Positions 23,992-39,642 of a DNA stretch of 64,000 nucleotides are shown here, in pieces. Made by a program: the position numbers and the translations under genes. Source of the DNA: Kondoa subrosea (Eukaryota); contig BCIN01000002.1 in the NCBI GenBank assembly GCA_039545335.1, forward strand, positions 1,687,118-1,751,117, in the 5' to 3' direction. The notes under the pieces were generated by a model. That model was not told where the DNA came from. It did no database searches and was given only the letters and a program-made list of their open reading frames with translations. Every line of letters begins with the position of its first letter. The first letter of the stretch is position 1.

Positions 23992-26900
23992 ATGAATGGA
24001 GAGACTACAAGCAGCTCAGCACTGCGACAGTTCAACTTCTTTGACTTACAGTCTGTGCGCGATGTTGGCCAGCCTGATAGCTCGCCTGCAATATTCGCTG
24101 GAAACAGAACGAACGAAATCTCTTGCACTTGCAGCGGCCAAGCTTCAATACTTGTAGCTGATATACATGGAGCTGTGCATCTCATCAGTGCTCCTGACTT
24201 CTCGGTCACCACATCTTGGATTGCGCATGAAGAGGGTCGAGTGACGCATGCTGCCTTTTCAGCTCACAAGAGGGGTGTGATTATCACTATAGGCGAAGAT
24301 GCATCGTCTGTTCATCCAATCTTGAACATCTGGTCCCTAGCACCACCAGAGAATCGCAAGAAATCACAAACCGTCTCTTCCCTTTCCAACACACCTCGTT
24401 TACTGGCTTCGGGCAAATTGCAATCTTCCAATCAACCTCATCCAGTCTCTACCTTTGCAATTACTCCTTCTCTTTCTCATGTAGCCGTCGGTTTAGCGGA
24501 TGGCACTGTACTTCTTCTCCGTTATCTGGATCAAACAGTCAACACAGCGCTGTCTGCCGCGTCTACAACAGCTCCAGCTTCTTTACCGAAACCTAGAGTA
24601 CTGAATGCAAATACGATGGAACCAGTGACTGGCTTGCAATTCGCTTCTTCCGCTCTGTCAACTAAAGGTGCTCTTTATGTGATTACGACCAACAAGGTAT
24701 TGAGCTATCAAGCGAGTGGGAGAGGAAGTGCAACTGTTGTCGACGATATCGGGGCGGCAGTAGGTTGTACAGCCTTGAACAATGAAGGGAAACTGGTCAT
24801 TGCAAGAGATGAAGCCATCTATATTTATGGCGCTGATGGAAGAGAAGGATGTTATGCATATGAAGGTATGCTCATGTGAATTCTACTAAATCTACGCGCC
24901 TGATCACGGGTTCAGGTCACAAATCTGCTGTTCATGTGTTCGGCAATTACCTGGTCGTAGTTTCACCACCTTTCATCCCATCGGCAGCTTCCAACTCTGC
25001 TACTGTCCGCAAATTTGTGGCTAAGCACAATCAAGAGGCCAGCTCTCTTGGAGCGACCGATATCAGTCGAGTTGGCATTTTCGACGCAAGACATAAGTTC
25101 GTTGCGCACTCTAGCGCATTTAAAGAAGGAGTCAGGGAAGTGTTTGTCGTTTGGAACAGAGTCTGGGTACTGTGCAATGATGGCCAGGTGTGTCCTGCTT
25201 TCCGTCTGAAACAAGTGTTGCAGCTCAGTCTATTAATCAACAAAGCTCACCAGACTGGAAGAAATGCCTACTTCAGCCAAGCTGGAAATCCTTTTCTCCA
25301 AATCTCTCTATTTGCTCGCGCTCAATCTGGCAGAGTCTGATGAATGCGACGAGCGAGAAATATCCGAAATTCATCGACGCTATGCTGATCACCTGTACTC
25401 AAAGAGCGACTTCGATGGGGCTATGGCTCAGTTCCTCAAGACCATTGGACATACGGAAGCAAGCTATGTCATCCGGAAGGTATCCACATTACGCCTGGAT
25501 TTTGTTTACCGTCAAAAGCTGAGGCTACATATGACAGTTTCTTGACGCCCAACGGATACACAACCTCACTTCCTATCTTGAAGCCCTCCATGCTGGGGGA
25601 TTGGCTAACTCCGCTCACACTTCTCTTCTAATCAACTGCTACACCAAGCTGAAAGACACTGATCGCTTAGATGCCTTTATCAAGAAATCGACAGAAAACA
25701 TTGCGATATCCTCTCCAGATAATGTCGAAGGATCGTTACTCACCTCCAATACTAAGCAACAACCTCAGCCTCAATTTGATCTCGAAACCGTGATCCGCGT
25801 TACGAGGCAAGCCGGCTACTTCGACCATGCAGCTTATCTCGCTAAGAAGTATGGAGAGCACGAAGAATACTTACGGATCCAGATCGAAGACAGGAGAGAC
25901 TGGAAAGAAGCTCTCCAATATATTAGAAGTCTAGGCTATCAGCTAGTACGTTCAAAGTAGAATCTTCTCGCAGGTTCTTACTCATAGAATAATAGGCTGA
26001 AGCTGAGATGCTTCGATATGGCAAAAATCTGGTCGAAAATTTGCCAAAGGAGACGACCCAATTATTGATCGACCTCTGTTGTGGTACTCTCGATCGACCT
26101 ACCGCAGAGTCGGATGAGGAGATGCTGCATAGAGTCAGATCTCCCTCGACTACTAACGGTCCTTCTTACTTCTCCTACATTTCATATGGCAACGCAAAAG
26201 CGCCTTCTACCACCACCCAAACAATCGATACTTCCAGTTCACCTGCGGTTCTCAGTCCACCCTTGCCGTCTGCAACGCAATCCATAGCAGCACAAAATCG
26301 TAAATCAAGCTACAACATTGCATCTTCAGCAGTTTCAGAAGAAGAGCCGCCGGTCAGACCTGAACCTCAGCTTGATCTACCCTCTCCCAAACTCTTCTTC
26401 GCTCAATTCATTGGTCGAGAGCAAGATTTCATTCGATTTCTAGAAACTGTGGCTCATCAGAGATGGGCTAAATCGAATAGAAAGGACGAAGAAGATCAAA
26501 AAATGGCCGTTTGGAACACTCTATTGGAAATTTATCTCACCGTGGCATCGAAAAGTCAAGATTCGCAGCGAAAGCGCGAGCTTCACGACAAAGCTCTAGC
26601 ATTGTTGAAGCAGAATCCGGCTCTGTACAACACCAGCCAGGCTTTGATAGTTTGTACCTCTACCAGATTCGAAGAAGGTATTCTTGTGCTGTACGAGCAA
26701 TTGAATATGACCGAAGAGATTTTGCGAAATCGAATTGCCTCAGCCGACCCAAAACAAGTCTTCGATATCCTCTGGAAATACGGCGAACGTGAACCGGAAC
26801 TTTATCCTATCGCACTAAGATGGCTTTCAAGCGACGCCGCTTTGCTGAGCAAGCATCAATCTGAGTTAGATCGCATGCTGAAAGAGATCGACAGACGCAA

Positions 26901-27528
26901 GATTTTGAAACCAATTCAAGTCCTGCATATTCTGGCTCGGAACCAATCAGCTTCAATAGGGTCGCTCAAGAACTACTTCAGAGCCAGCTTACAAGCTGAC
27001 AAGATAGAGATCGATGCCGATCGAGCTTTGGTTGCAACATACAAGAAGGAAACTGCGATCAAGCAGAAGGAGATTAGCACACTCATGAACGAAGATACGC
27101 CGAGGGTGTTTCAAATCACCAGGTGTAGTGCTTGTGGAGGAAGTCTCGATCTACCAAGCGTCCAGTATGTTATTCTTGATTGCGGCTTGAGCTAGATCTA
27201 ATTGTGCCACAGTTTCATGTGTAAACACTCGTATCATCAAAGGCACGTCTTCTTGCATTGCTTTGCCTTTGGCTTGATCTTAAATTCCTGCAGATGTCTT
27301 GCGAGCGAAGATGCACAAGACTGCCCTCTTTGTGCGCGCGAGCATGGTCTGGTCAAAGGTAAGAACTACAGGTTGTATTTGTCATACAGGACTGACTCTA
27401 AGCCAGAAATACGGCGCAACAACGAGAAAATGGCATCTGCGCCGGACCTGTTTTTCGCAGAGGTGAAAGAAGACGGCTTTGGTGCCATCGCATCATCTTT
27501 CAGCAAAGGCTGGATGGCATTACTGTAA
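23992..27528 (+). CDS. VPS11: Vacuolar protein sorting Vps11/Pep5 (HOPS/CORVET core)
   Basis: RQFNFFD N-terminus; YADHLYSKSDFDGAMAQF; SYVIRKFLDAQRIHNLTSYLEALH; RING-H2 [25 protein letters not shown]...CPLC. Confidence 0.97.
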
Positions 27529-27684
27529 GATGAAGTGTAACAGATAGAATCTCTTATCGTTGTACGAGGCAGACTCGATCAATAAGATACCGGGTGCACC
27601 AGCATCATTGACACATTCAACATGACAATGCCAATATCATTCATAACTATACATAAGGTTTCGCCGTTGCGCTTATCCTCTCCC

Positions 27685-29347
27685 TCACAACTTTGACTGT
27701 GGGTTGATGAACTTCGAGGCGATCTGCAGATAAGAAACGGCCTCTGCAACGATCTCGTCTACGATAGCCTTCGCAGGCTTGATCTCATTCACGACTGCAG
27801 CGGTCTTGCCCATCAAGAATGGTCTAGAGCAGAGGCGTAAGCGATTTCGAGGTGCAGTAGTGACAGGCTTACCTGTTATCTGGATCATCGGGCTCCATGC
27901 CTACTGGGACTGTTCCGCCAGCGGTCAACTCTTTAATCTCTGCTTGACGGTTCTCCTCCCAATCCATCTTCACGGCGATTTCAGATCCATGGACAATTCA
28001 ACGTAATCAGGGAAGAGACTTACGATGAAGGGTGTCTTACGAACACGCAACGGACGACCGGTATCTATTAAGACAAACCATGAGCTAGGGCTAGAGTTGG
28101 AGGTCGCAAGGCGCACAGATAATAGTTCTGATAGTATCACTGAAACCAGCAGACTTAACGGCATCTTGGTGTGCTCTGCTTGCACCGGCTTCCTCAGCAA
28201 GAATGAATCTGGTACCAACCCAAACTCCAGTTGCACCGTAGGAAAGTGCAGCAGCCAAGGACGAGCCTCGATACATTCCACCAGCAGCGATGACCTATGA
28301 GGAGTGAGATGAGCTAAAAGTCTACCTCAAGCTTCGCCCAACGTCACGTACCTGGACAGGTTGGCCAGTCAATGGCGATTTGTACTTCTTCGCAATAGCC
28401 ACCAGCTCAGGGATGAGGATCGTGGTAGGAATTTCTCCTGTGTGGCCTCCACCTTCACCTTTAGAGCCAATTATGATCAGCGACAGGCATAAATGGCTGA
28501 GCTGTAGTATTTACCTCCTTGTCCGCAAATCAGGTCGACACCAAGCTCGCAAGCTTTGACAGCATGCTTAGGAGCACCTACCATGTTCATAACTGGAATC
28601 TTCGCCTTGTGCAGCCTTTCAATGATGTGCTTGGGAGGGACGCCGACGGCGCAAACGAAGAGTGCAGCCTTCTCTGCGATGATCACGTCTATCAACTGAT
28701 CGAGCTTTCCGCCAGTGTAGTCTTTGTTGGTTTTTCTGGCAGAACCTCCTACTTGAGGCAGCAAGAGATCCACACCGAAAGGTGCGTTCTTGTCCTTGAG
28801 CTCGGCTTTGAGTTCTGTGATGAGCAAAAAGCATGAACATAAGCAATCGAGTAACTTTCTCGGCCGCGAGATCCTATCCTACCTGCTATTTGACTCTTCA
28901 AGAACTCTGGAGTGTATCCAACGCCTAAATAAGGGTGAATCAGGTTCATCGAGGCTTGTAACGCGAAGTATCTGATCAAACTAACCTCCAATCACACCCA
29001 ACCCTCCCGCGTTCGTGACCTAGTACAATTGCATCAGCACATTTCAAGCTGCAGGTCAGTAAGACAATGGTAAGACAACGTACAGCAGCAGCGAGATCAG
29101 GACCTGCAATGGTGCCCCGCATGTGAGCGGAAAGCTCGACTGGGAAAGCAGTACAGAGGCGTACCAGCAGCGACACTATAATACAGTCAGTCTCGAGGCA
29201 AGGACTGTTTAGGAAGAGGCTCACTTCATACCAGCTAGCATGATTGGATGTCTGACCAATTCTAGAGTTTGAATATTGGAATGCGGATTCACAGGGATGC
29301 ACTCACTTGATGTTGAAGAGCTTTGTGCATGGTGTAGCAAGGGACAT
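27685..29347 (-). CDS. Nitronate monooxygenase (2-nitropropane dioxygenase) family, FMN-dependent
   Basis: Spliced KHPIMLAGMNVAAGPDLAAAVTNAGGLGVIGG; PFGVDLLLPQVGG; QGGEGGGHTG; GATGVWVGTRF. Confidence 0.93.
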
Positions 29348-29523
29348 GATGTGTAGTTGTTGCAGGTCGTTGCTTGCAAAGGCTTTCAGATGCAAGAGAA
29401 TCGGCCGGCCGCTTTATAGCCAGATAGGTCACGGTGGCCAAGCCAGCAGCTAACACCTAGCCAGAACAGCGTTCTGGTCGTGCCACCTCCCAATGATGTA
29501 CTATTGACAGCGCTGTCCTATCT

Positions 29524-30597
29524 TCAACGCAACTTGAACTTGTTGCACTTTACTTTGTGACCCTTCCTAGACCAATGCTCCTTTGCGCATGCAGAACCAC
29601 AGTAGCGCAACACATTACAGCCGCCGCAATACTTCAACTGTTCCGATTCCGCCACTCCTTCCATCTTCCCACAATTGCTACAAGCATTACTCGGAGAGCG
29701 ACCTTTGGCGTTGAACACGACTCCTTCTTTTCGGAGAATCTCCTTCATTGCTTGCGCTCTTGCAGAAGGAGTACTAGCAGCCACCAATGCTTTGTCGTTC
29801 TTGACTCTTGATGTGCAGTATTTAGATGGAAGACCTGATAATGCCAGCACAGCGTCACAGAAGACAGATAAATCGTCCGGACACTTGTTTTCTTTCAGCG
29901 CTTGCCGAAATGCTTGCATGTCCATTAAAAGACGACCTTCACCATATGGCAGATCGAGCACCTTTTCTTGTGTTCTGGAATTGGTCATATTCGTCCACTG
30001 TAGGATGGAGTCGGTATGGTGATAGACTAAAGTGCAGTAGTCGAGAAGAGCTGTGCTAAGGAAGGACACGCGGGCAGAAACATCCAGAGGACCTTGCATG
30101 ACACTTTTCACATGGGTGAACAAGCATCTGAAGAATTGATATAGGATGAATAGATCGCCTTGATTCACATTCTTCTGTATTGTGTTCCCAAGAGAAAAGA
30201 TACCGCGGATCAAGGAGTATACTGCATAGATTGCTTGACTGTTGACCATATTGTTGCTACTGACGAAAGGTAGAGTTCTAGCAGAGCCTGAGTTCGGTTC
30301 AGGTAGCAACTCTTTCTTGAGGGCCGCCATAATCTCTGACCAATGCTCGCTCGCCAGTGTGGCATAAGCCAAGCTGGAATCCTTGATGCCCAGTAATCGT
30401 TTCCAATCGCCTCCATTGATGGCTTCCCTGCGGACCAAATTTGACTTAGGTCTACACTCGGTCCTCAACTCAGCTCACATGAATCGGAACACCGTTCCAA
30501 CATTCATTGACAATTGAATGCCTTCAAATTGCCGCCGTTGAGCTGCTGGCAAGGAATTGAGGTCTAGCGTCCGAACATTGGATGACAGATCATTCAT
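29524..30597 (-). CDS. MYND-type zinc finger protein
   Basis: C-terminal CSNC...CGGCNVLRYCGSACAKEHWSRKGHKVKC. Start inferred through a 51-nt intron. Confidence 0.8.
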
Positions 30598-30949
30598 CTG
30601 TGGCTTTCAAAAGAGTGCGAGGAAGGGAAACAGGAAGGAGACACTAGTACGATGGAAGAGGCAGACACTGTAGGCGGATTGCAGAAGGGAGCCAATCAGG
30701 TGCTTGCTGTCTTCTTGCCGCTTTGCCGATTGCCCAGCTTGTGAGATGCAGGTCTGAAGCCGGTAGCTGAATCGTTGATAATAGCAAACTTCAGATTTCT
30801 CGTCCAAAGATTGTCATGCCACAGCGGGCACACAAATCTGCTTGGACGGATGCAACAATGTAGCTTGTAACGACTGGACATGAATATTGTTATCCCATTG
30901 TAGTTCACCAAGCGATGATTACGTAATAACATTGACCTGTATCAACCAG

Positions 30950-31710
30950 ATGTCATCACCGCGTTTGACATCTCTTGCAGCTGAAGTTGGAGCTCTGCTA
31001 GTGAAGCAGCGAGCCACGATCAGCGTAAGCCGCTTCCAAGCATCAGCGACTGTCTCTATAATCTTCCTTTTCTCTAGCTGGTTGAGACGGCTTGCGGTGG
31101 TCTCATCTCGAGCTCACTTCTGGCTGTTCCTGGTGCATCTAAATTCTTCATTGGTTCAGTCAATGCGTATTCGCTTCCTGCACGAGCAGCCTTTCTCGAC
31201 TGGACGCAGGCCGACACAGACAGCTACGAGTCCGTATTCAGAGCGTCACTGCTCGCTTCGCTTAAATCCGATTCCGTATGCTGTAGCGGTCCCTCTGAAG
31301 CTATCGTAACGCGTCTGGCTCTATCCCTGCGTAAAAGTCTGGGTACGACCTACTGTTTGGCTGAGAGTGGTGTCTCTGGACCTACGAGGCGAGTTATAGT
31401 CTGCATCTTTGGCATTTGCCTCTCAACTAAAACCTAATTGTAGACCAGATCGTTACCGAGCTGAAATCAAGGGTATGTCTCGATCTAAATAACTTTGCAC
31501 AACTCTCGCTAAGTCTTGCACTGACCGTAATCAGGCCCAGGCTATTGCCCTTTTGCCGTAGTGGGACCTGATGGGTTGCAAGAAACAAAGACTGTCGAGA
31601 CTGGCTTGAAAGATCGAGCAGAGAATATGCAGCGTTTCGCGGAAGAAGCTTTATTGATGCTCAAGAACATTCTCTCAAGATCAAGTGGGGCGACTGGAGC
31701 TTCCTTATGA
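30950..31710 (+). CDS. CinA C-terminal / PncC-like domain protein
   Basis: TISLVETACGGLISSSLLAVPGASKFF; CLAESGVSGPT; DRAENMQRFAEEAL. Five exons. Confidence 0.85.
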
Positions 31711-31852
31711 GTCTGTATCAAGTGCAAGGAAAAATATTGCTCTCAAATTAAGCAGAATTATAATAAGTCTCAAATGTGCATGATATATATACGACGAAGT
31801 TATAAGATGTAGAAGTATGTTGATGTCCTCCCGCAATGCGAATTATGCATTG

Positions 31853-33573
31853 TTACTCAATTTTGTGACTCTGAGGATGTTTGCGACGTTCTTTTGCTTT
31901 CACACTAAGTGGCCCAGAAGTGTCATCGACATAGAGAATCTGTTTCTCGCGTATAAGCCACTATTGACGGAAGGCGAAGAAAGTGCAAAACCTGATACTG
32001 TTCCTTCTTACTCAGCTTGGTTAAATTGACTCGATAAGGCGAAAGCATGTGCGAATAGTCGTTGATGTCGAGAACATCTGAGCGGGTCGAGTGAGCCAGA
32101 TTCTTCAGCCAAGATGTGACAGATGCTTTCGTGGACGAAGGTTCAGGTGATACGGAAGAAGATGTAGATTGGACCTGATCGGAGCGTTGGCGTTTCATTG
32201 TAGGACGGTCTTCTGATTGGATGGAAAAGTCGGAAGCAGCTTTCCTGACTGGAGATTTGTCTGGGCTATTGCATGCGTCAGGTTGAGACTGCAGCGTCAA
32301 GCCAGTGGACACTCACATGCTAGGATCAAAAATTAGCAACGAAGCATCCTTTCCTTTGTTGGCTTCCTCGATACCGATAATGACTCTGCTATGCCCTTGA
32401 TGCTGCAGAAACAATGGCTGCTTTTCCGTTTGCCTGACTGTTCCTCCACCAGTATGCATCAAACTCTCAAAAGCATCTCTTCCTCTCTTTCGCAAGCCTC
32501 CCTTTTCATCCTGTTCTTCTAGTCCAAAGTACTCTCGTACCCATTTGACCAATGCAGTATGTGTTCCTTTTGGTCCATTAGCAGAGGGAAAATCAATGAT
32601 TTTTACTTTCAACCCAAGAAAAGTGAAAGCAGTGTATACTTCGGTCGTTCCAATCCATCGACGAGAATTGACTAGTTTGTAACCAAAATGTTGACCTCCA
32701 TCCGGATCGTAACCTTGCTGCCAAGCGGTTTCGATCAGCTCTTGAAAAGAACGGATCGTAGGGATTTGAGGTAGTACTGGACCAGCCAGGGTTTGACAAT
32801 TGGATGCGGAAGAAAAGAGGCATTCGTACATTGACAAATGTCGCGCTGCGGAGTAGAGCATTTGGAAGCACTATACAGAATCAACTCAACAACCGTGGAG
32901 CGTAGTATACAGGTGTATTGCATACGAGATATCCGCAAGAGAAACCCCATCCGTACTGAGCAAATTGAACGCTGATGTGAATGGTATGTGGTGAACAGAG
33001 CACAGCCGAAGCGCCTTGATTTGAGTTAGCATGAGACTTCTCCAACAAAGCAGCTAGAATTGGGAAGATTTTCGCGACGCCCTGAACTGGTGCGGAACCT
33101 TTTGTCCCATTCGAGTCTTGCTTTGCAAAGAGATCGAATCCAACATTCCCAGTTCGCTTTCCATCATCCTGATCATCTTCTTCCCACTGACCATATTCTT
33201 GGCTGTTCTCGTTCATGGAAGTCAAGCAGCGCTCAACATGGCTGAAACGATTGTCTGTCGGGCCAAACTTCTTCTGACAGCATGGACAACAGTCTTCTTC
33301 CACTATCGCTTGAGCTGCAGGCAAGTAAGATGTTGAAGCACTTTGGAAATCGGTGTGTGACATCAAACAGGCGTGTATATGAGATTCGCGCTCGTACACC
33401 GGTACATTGAGATCTCGCCATGATGTAAAACAAGAGGGACACGTCTCGTTATCGCTGTCTTGCGTCCCAAGTTTCGAAGTCGAAGCTCCAGGAGTGTCCA
33501 AACAGTGGTTGACGTGAAACTCAAAGGCAGTCTGATCGCCAGAGAAAGGTTGCGTGCAGATAGGACAGAGCAT
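31853..33573 (-). CDS. Peptidase C78 ZUP1/ZUFSP (Mug105)-like deubiquitinase with N-terminal zinc fingers
   Basis: GWGFSCGY catalytic Cys region; IETAWQQGYD; WIGTTEVY; LFLQHQGHSRVIIGIE; LLIFDPS. Three CxxC...HxxxC fingers. Confidence 0.88.
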
Positions 33574-33699
33574 GCTCCCGTCGGTTTCTAGATGTGGCCC
33601 TTTGAGGTGAACATATTTCAGCGGCTAGATGTCCTCTTGTAGCAGCCAATCCTTTGCATCCAGATACCACATTGAGCTACCACATACCCTTGCAAACTC

Positions 33700-35261
33700 A
33701 TGTTCTCACTTAATACCAGCAAAGCGTTTCCCTTCCATTTGCTGTCAGGCGACATCATGATGTCCATTTTGTCACTTCTTGCACAAGACACAAATGGACC
33801 ACGCTTGCTTCGACTCAACAAGGACTTGTATCAGCGGCTTCTTCCGCAAGCCTATGCCCATGTGGAAATCACAAGCGAGAAGCAATTGGTTAGGTTGATT
33901 TCGACAATTCTCTCAAACCCAGGTCTTGCTCAGCACATTCATTCTTTCAAACTTTCTATCAAGCATCGGTCTTTGCAACCGCATAAATTCTTCGAAATTT
34001 TGGCTGTGGAAATTGCCAAATATTTCTATCCTACGCTGGGCGTCGCCATGCCACTCTGTGATATGCTCCATCTAATTCTTTCTCGCACCGGATTTTATGA
34101 CATTTTTGTTACAACCCCTGGCCTCTGGTTGTTAATGGATCGGCTTCTGTCAAAAACACCTGCACTTCAATCTTTGCAAATTGACGTGAGCCTATTGGAC
34201 CTAGGTTATTCGAGTCCCGCTTTCAAAGTCCATGTATGCCTCCTCTCTTTGCGTCACAAATCGAATTAGAGCTGAAGGATTGATCACAGCGCGATCGGTT
34301 TTTGAATTTCATCAGCATGGTTAAAGTATCGGATTTGGTGATCAAGGGAAAGTCCGCTCAGCATTTGCTGCCACATGCAACAAGCAACATAAGACCGAAT
34401 CATCTGTTGAATGGTGACGTGTCTTTGAATTTGGCATTCGGTCATCTGAGAAGTCTGGTGCAAGTTTCTCTTTTGACAGCTACCTCAATTCTGACCTATC
34501 ACTACAGACTCGCTGGACCAACGGAGGTGCCTCTATCAGCGTTGAGTATGAGCACAACATTGCAGACACTGTACTTAGAGCGGATAATGGTCAGACACGA
34601 AAACGACTACGGCTGGCCTATTCAAGGAATAGTCGGCCTTATCGTTTCTTCAGGAAGTGTGAAGGAGGTTTACTTTGGCTTGCCCTCATTGGCTTTGGAT
34701 CCAGTCGCTTTTGGGAAATCTGGGAATCATGTTACAGCTCTGAGATTAGTAGCAGGCGGTCTAGTGCATCAAAGAGTTGGTTCGCGGGATCGATACAGGA
34801 TGTTAAAGCAGCTCGGTTATAGTAAGCACTCGTAACAGATTGGAAGAAGAAGGCGTTGAATCAATATACAGCCCTTCCATCGACAAAGCAGGTACACTAT
34901 CGAGCTCTTCTTGCCATCCTGATCGGTATGTCGTCTCTACTCTCGTTTCTATTGCGTAGCCCGAATCATGCTTCTTCTTTTTATGTGATCGTCAGACTAT
35001 GCACCGGACATCCTTGGCTGTAGTTTGCTACTAGCGGTCCCGCCAATTTTCTTGGTGATCTGGCTAGCTTCAAGATTCATGGGAGCCCCCGTCAGCATTT
35101 TCGAACTGTTCAATCCTCTGGTGGAGTGTCGCTTAATCTACAGAACCTTCCGGAGTATCTTCAGTCTCAATGTCCAATACGGCAGAGGCTTCGGGAAGGT
35201 CATGCGCATTCACGATGTCGAACGCAGAGTCTACGATGCTGTGAAGGAACTGCCCATCTGA
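33700..35261 (+). CDS. Hypothetical protein, F-box-like N-terminus (multi-exon)
   Basis: FHLLSGDIMMSILSLL...LLRLNKDLYQRLLPQAYAHVEI...ILSNPGLAQHIHSF. This pattern is typical of fungal F-box/RNI-like orphans. Confidence 0.55.
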
Positions 35262-35340
35262 TGCATTTAGCAATGTACAGGTAAAAATGTTAGTATCATT
35301 ATGCTAGATATAAACTGCTGTAGTATACTATTATGAAACT

Positions 35341-37305
35341 TCAATTCTTCTCATTAGAATCAGCTGTCACGGAAAAATAACTTGGCGGGAGGTCGTAAGA
35401 AGGCTGAGAAATAGGTCGGGCTGCATCTGTTGCAGAATTACCACTAGATGCTGGCTTGATTATCTTTGGCTCGCCGGCTCTGATTTCCACAGGTAGCTGA
35501 GGAAAAGCATCAAGCGTGACCAGTAGCATTGGCAGAGAATAGACGGACCCGCAGTCTGAGCTCCCCATTTGTATTGGCTATGCGAATGGCTATAACGTAG
35601 CTGATAAAGAGGTTGGGGCAATAAAAGGTTGGACTGATTGGTGCCTAAGAAAGAAGGGAGACATCAGAATGCAATAAGGCATTCAAAGTGAAAAAGGAAT
35701 ACCGTTATTGGAAGAGTTCCGTGAAAGCGCTTGACCCACTCTGTTCCTCCCTCGCCTGCTTCCTTTGTCCCCTTCTCAGGACCTTCTGCCACGAACTTGC
35801 CGGAGGCCACTCCCAAATCAAAAGACGCCATTCTGCCGCCAACGCTCATCGACAGCCGCTAATGGCAAAATTAGCAAAGTAATATATTGCGTTCCCAAGA
35901 CCTACTTGTATCAGTCCCATGTAAATTGTTGACGCAGGAAAAGTACCGGTAGCTCCGACATCCGACGAAGCGATCTTTAACGCGATTGGTATCGTAGCAT
36001 ATCTATCAAACTTTGCTGGTTTGGGTAACAGCGCAGTTGCCTCGTAGAAAGCTTGAGATTTCTTGAACATGCCCTTACTGACTTGAGTCTGTTGCTTGAA
36101 GCCTTCCCACGATGTTGGATCAATATCGCCTGACTGTAGCGCAGTGATGAAAGACGAGGTGTCAAGGCTGGGAGATCTCTGAATATAGACAATTGGGGCT
36201 CTGTCTGCAAAATTAGTCATGCGGGGGATAACAGGTGGAAATGTACATGAGACGGTCGTTCGACCTGAAGAGTCCAGGTCGAGCTAGAGTCGCCTTGATA
36301 TAATATCGGACGCTGGCAACCTGTATTCATATTAAGTACCTCGCAACATCGGCTGCAAGTATTGTCATACGGGCATATCTAAACTAGCACCGACAGCGAA
36401 ACTGGGTGGCATAAGGACCGGTCTACCATTGGAGCCAGTATAGTCAGGAATAGTCGTTGGAATTTCGAGCGAGTATTTGAATGTATACTCTCCATGCAGC
36501 CGTTCACCCTCGTTTGTTGAGGATTCATAGATCGTTTGTTCCGTGGCAAAGATGAGCAGTTCTTCCGCTGTATCAGTCGAAGGTCGCGTAAACGAATGGA
36601 CAACAAAGGATACAAAAGCCTTACCTGCTGGACCTCTTGGACCTGTCAACGATGTTGTTCCTCTTGCAGAGAAAGAAGTTGACAGGACACATTTGAGCTT
36701 GACCCGGACGGCAGAGACAAGTTCTGGTTTCTCGTTGATTCGTAGATTCACTTCGCCCTCAACTTTGGAAGCTATATCCTGAACGAACAGTGGATGAGGT
36801 GCTTCTTTTCCGCAACCTTTCACTGTCAGCTCCATAATCTTCCTGGTGTAAACATGTTCTCGCATCGAAACAGCAGAGTTCTTTAAGAGCGGATCAGATC
36901 TGCTATAATCCGGCAATTCGTTGCCATCCACAGGTGCAGCAGCTGGCACTTCTACTTGTCTTGATGTGCTCGCTACAATGTTCGCTTGCGAAGGGTTCGC
37001 CTGAGCTTCCAGTAAGGTTTGAGCACTTGCGTAGGCTGCATGACCCAAACTGCCGAGGCCGCGTTGAAGACGGGCAGCTAAATCCGCTGCTTGTGGACTA
37101 CTCGAGTTTACTGAAGCTGTGCTTGCTCTTCTTGAGGGTCCTTTCAGGTAGCTATATTAAGATGGATGTATCGAGTCGCATGAGATACAGCCTGCCTACC
37201 TGCTGGGGCTGATCCTGCAGTTCCAGATGGTGAAGAATGGGCCAGATTTTGACGAAAGGTTTCTCCGGCTTCCGATAACGCTCCAAGCAGCGCACTGGGT
37301 TGCAT
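35341..37305 (-). CDS. Arrestin-fold-like protein with PY motifs
   Basis: LHGEYTFKYSLEIP...MPPSF; VRYYIKATLARPGLF; LPDY and LPPSY motifs. The 5' end is uncertain. Confidence 0.65.
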
Positions 37306-37551
37306 GATCAGAGTAAGAACGCTGGATGGTCGGTAAGCATTGCGCTTACTCTCTCCTAGTGGTCATCCTTTAGCAGCTGGATGCAGTCAGATAGACCGCC
37401 AGTATTGCTCGCTTCTTGAAGTTCTTGGTTCACTGCAAATTACAGTGAAACGTTGACGCCGCATTGACGCGCGAAGAAGAGCATGCAACGGGAACTTCTA
37501 TAATATAAGGGAAATAGTACAACGACGATAAGCCATACAGCCCTCTTGCTT

Positions 37552-39642
<2,091 letters not shown>

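Noticed and set aside
4740..29347. HPP protein (nitrite-transporter family) plus nitronate monooxygenase as a nitrite pathway cluster
   Set aside because: They are over 20 kb apart with unrelated housekeeping genes between them, and there is no nitrite or nitrate reductase in the window.
30950..31710. Recent horizontal transfer of a bacterial cinA
   Set aside because: The gene has four spliceosomal introns and composition like its neighbours.
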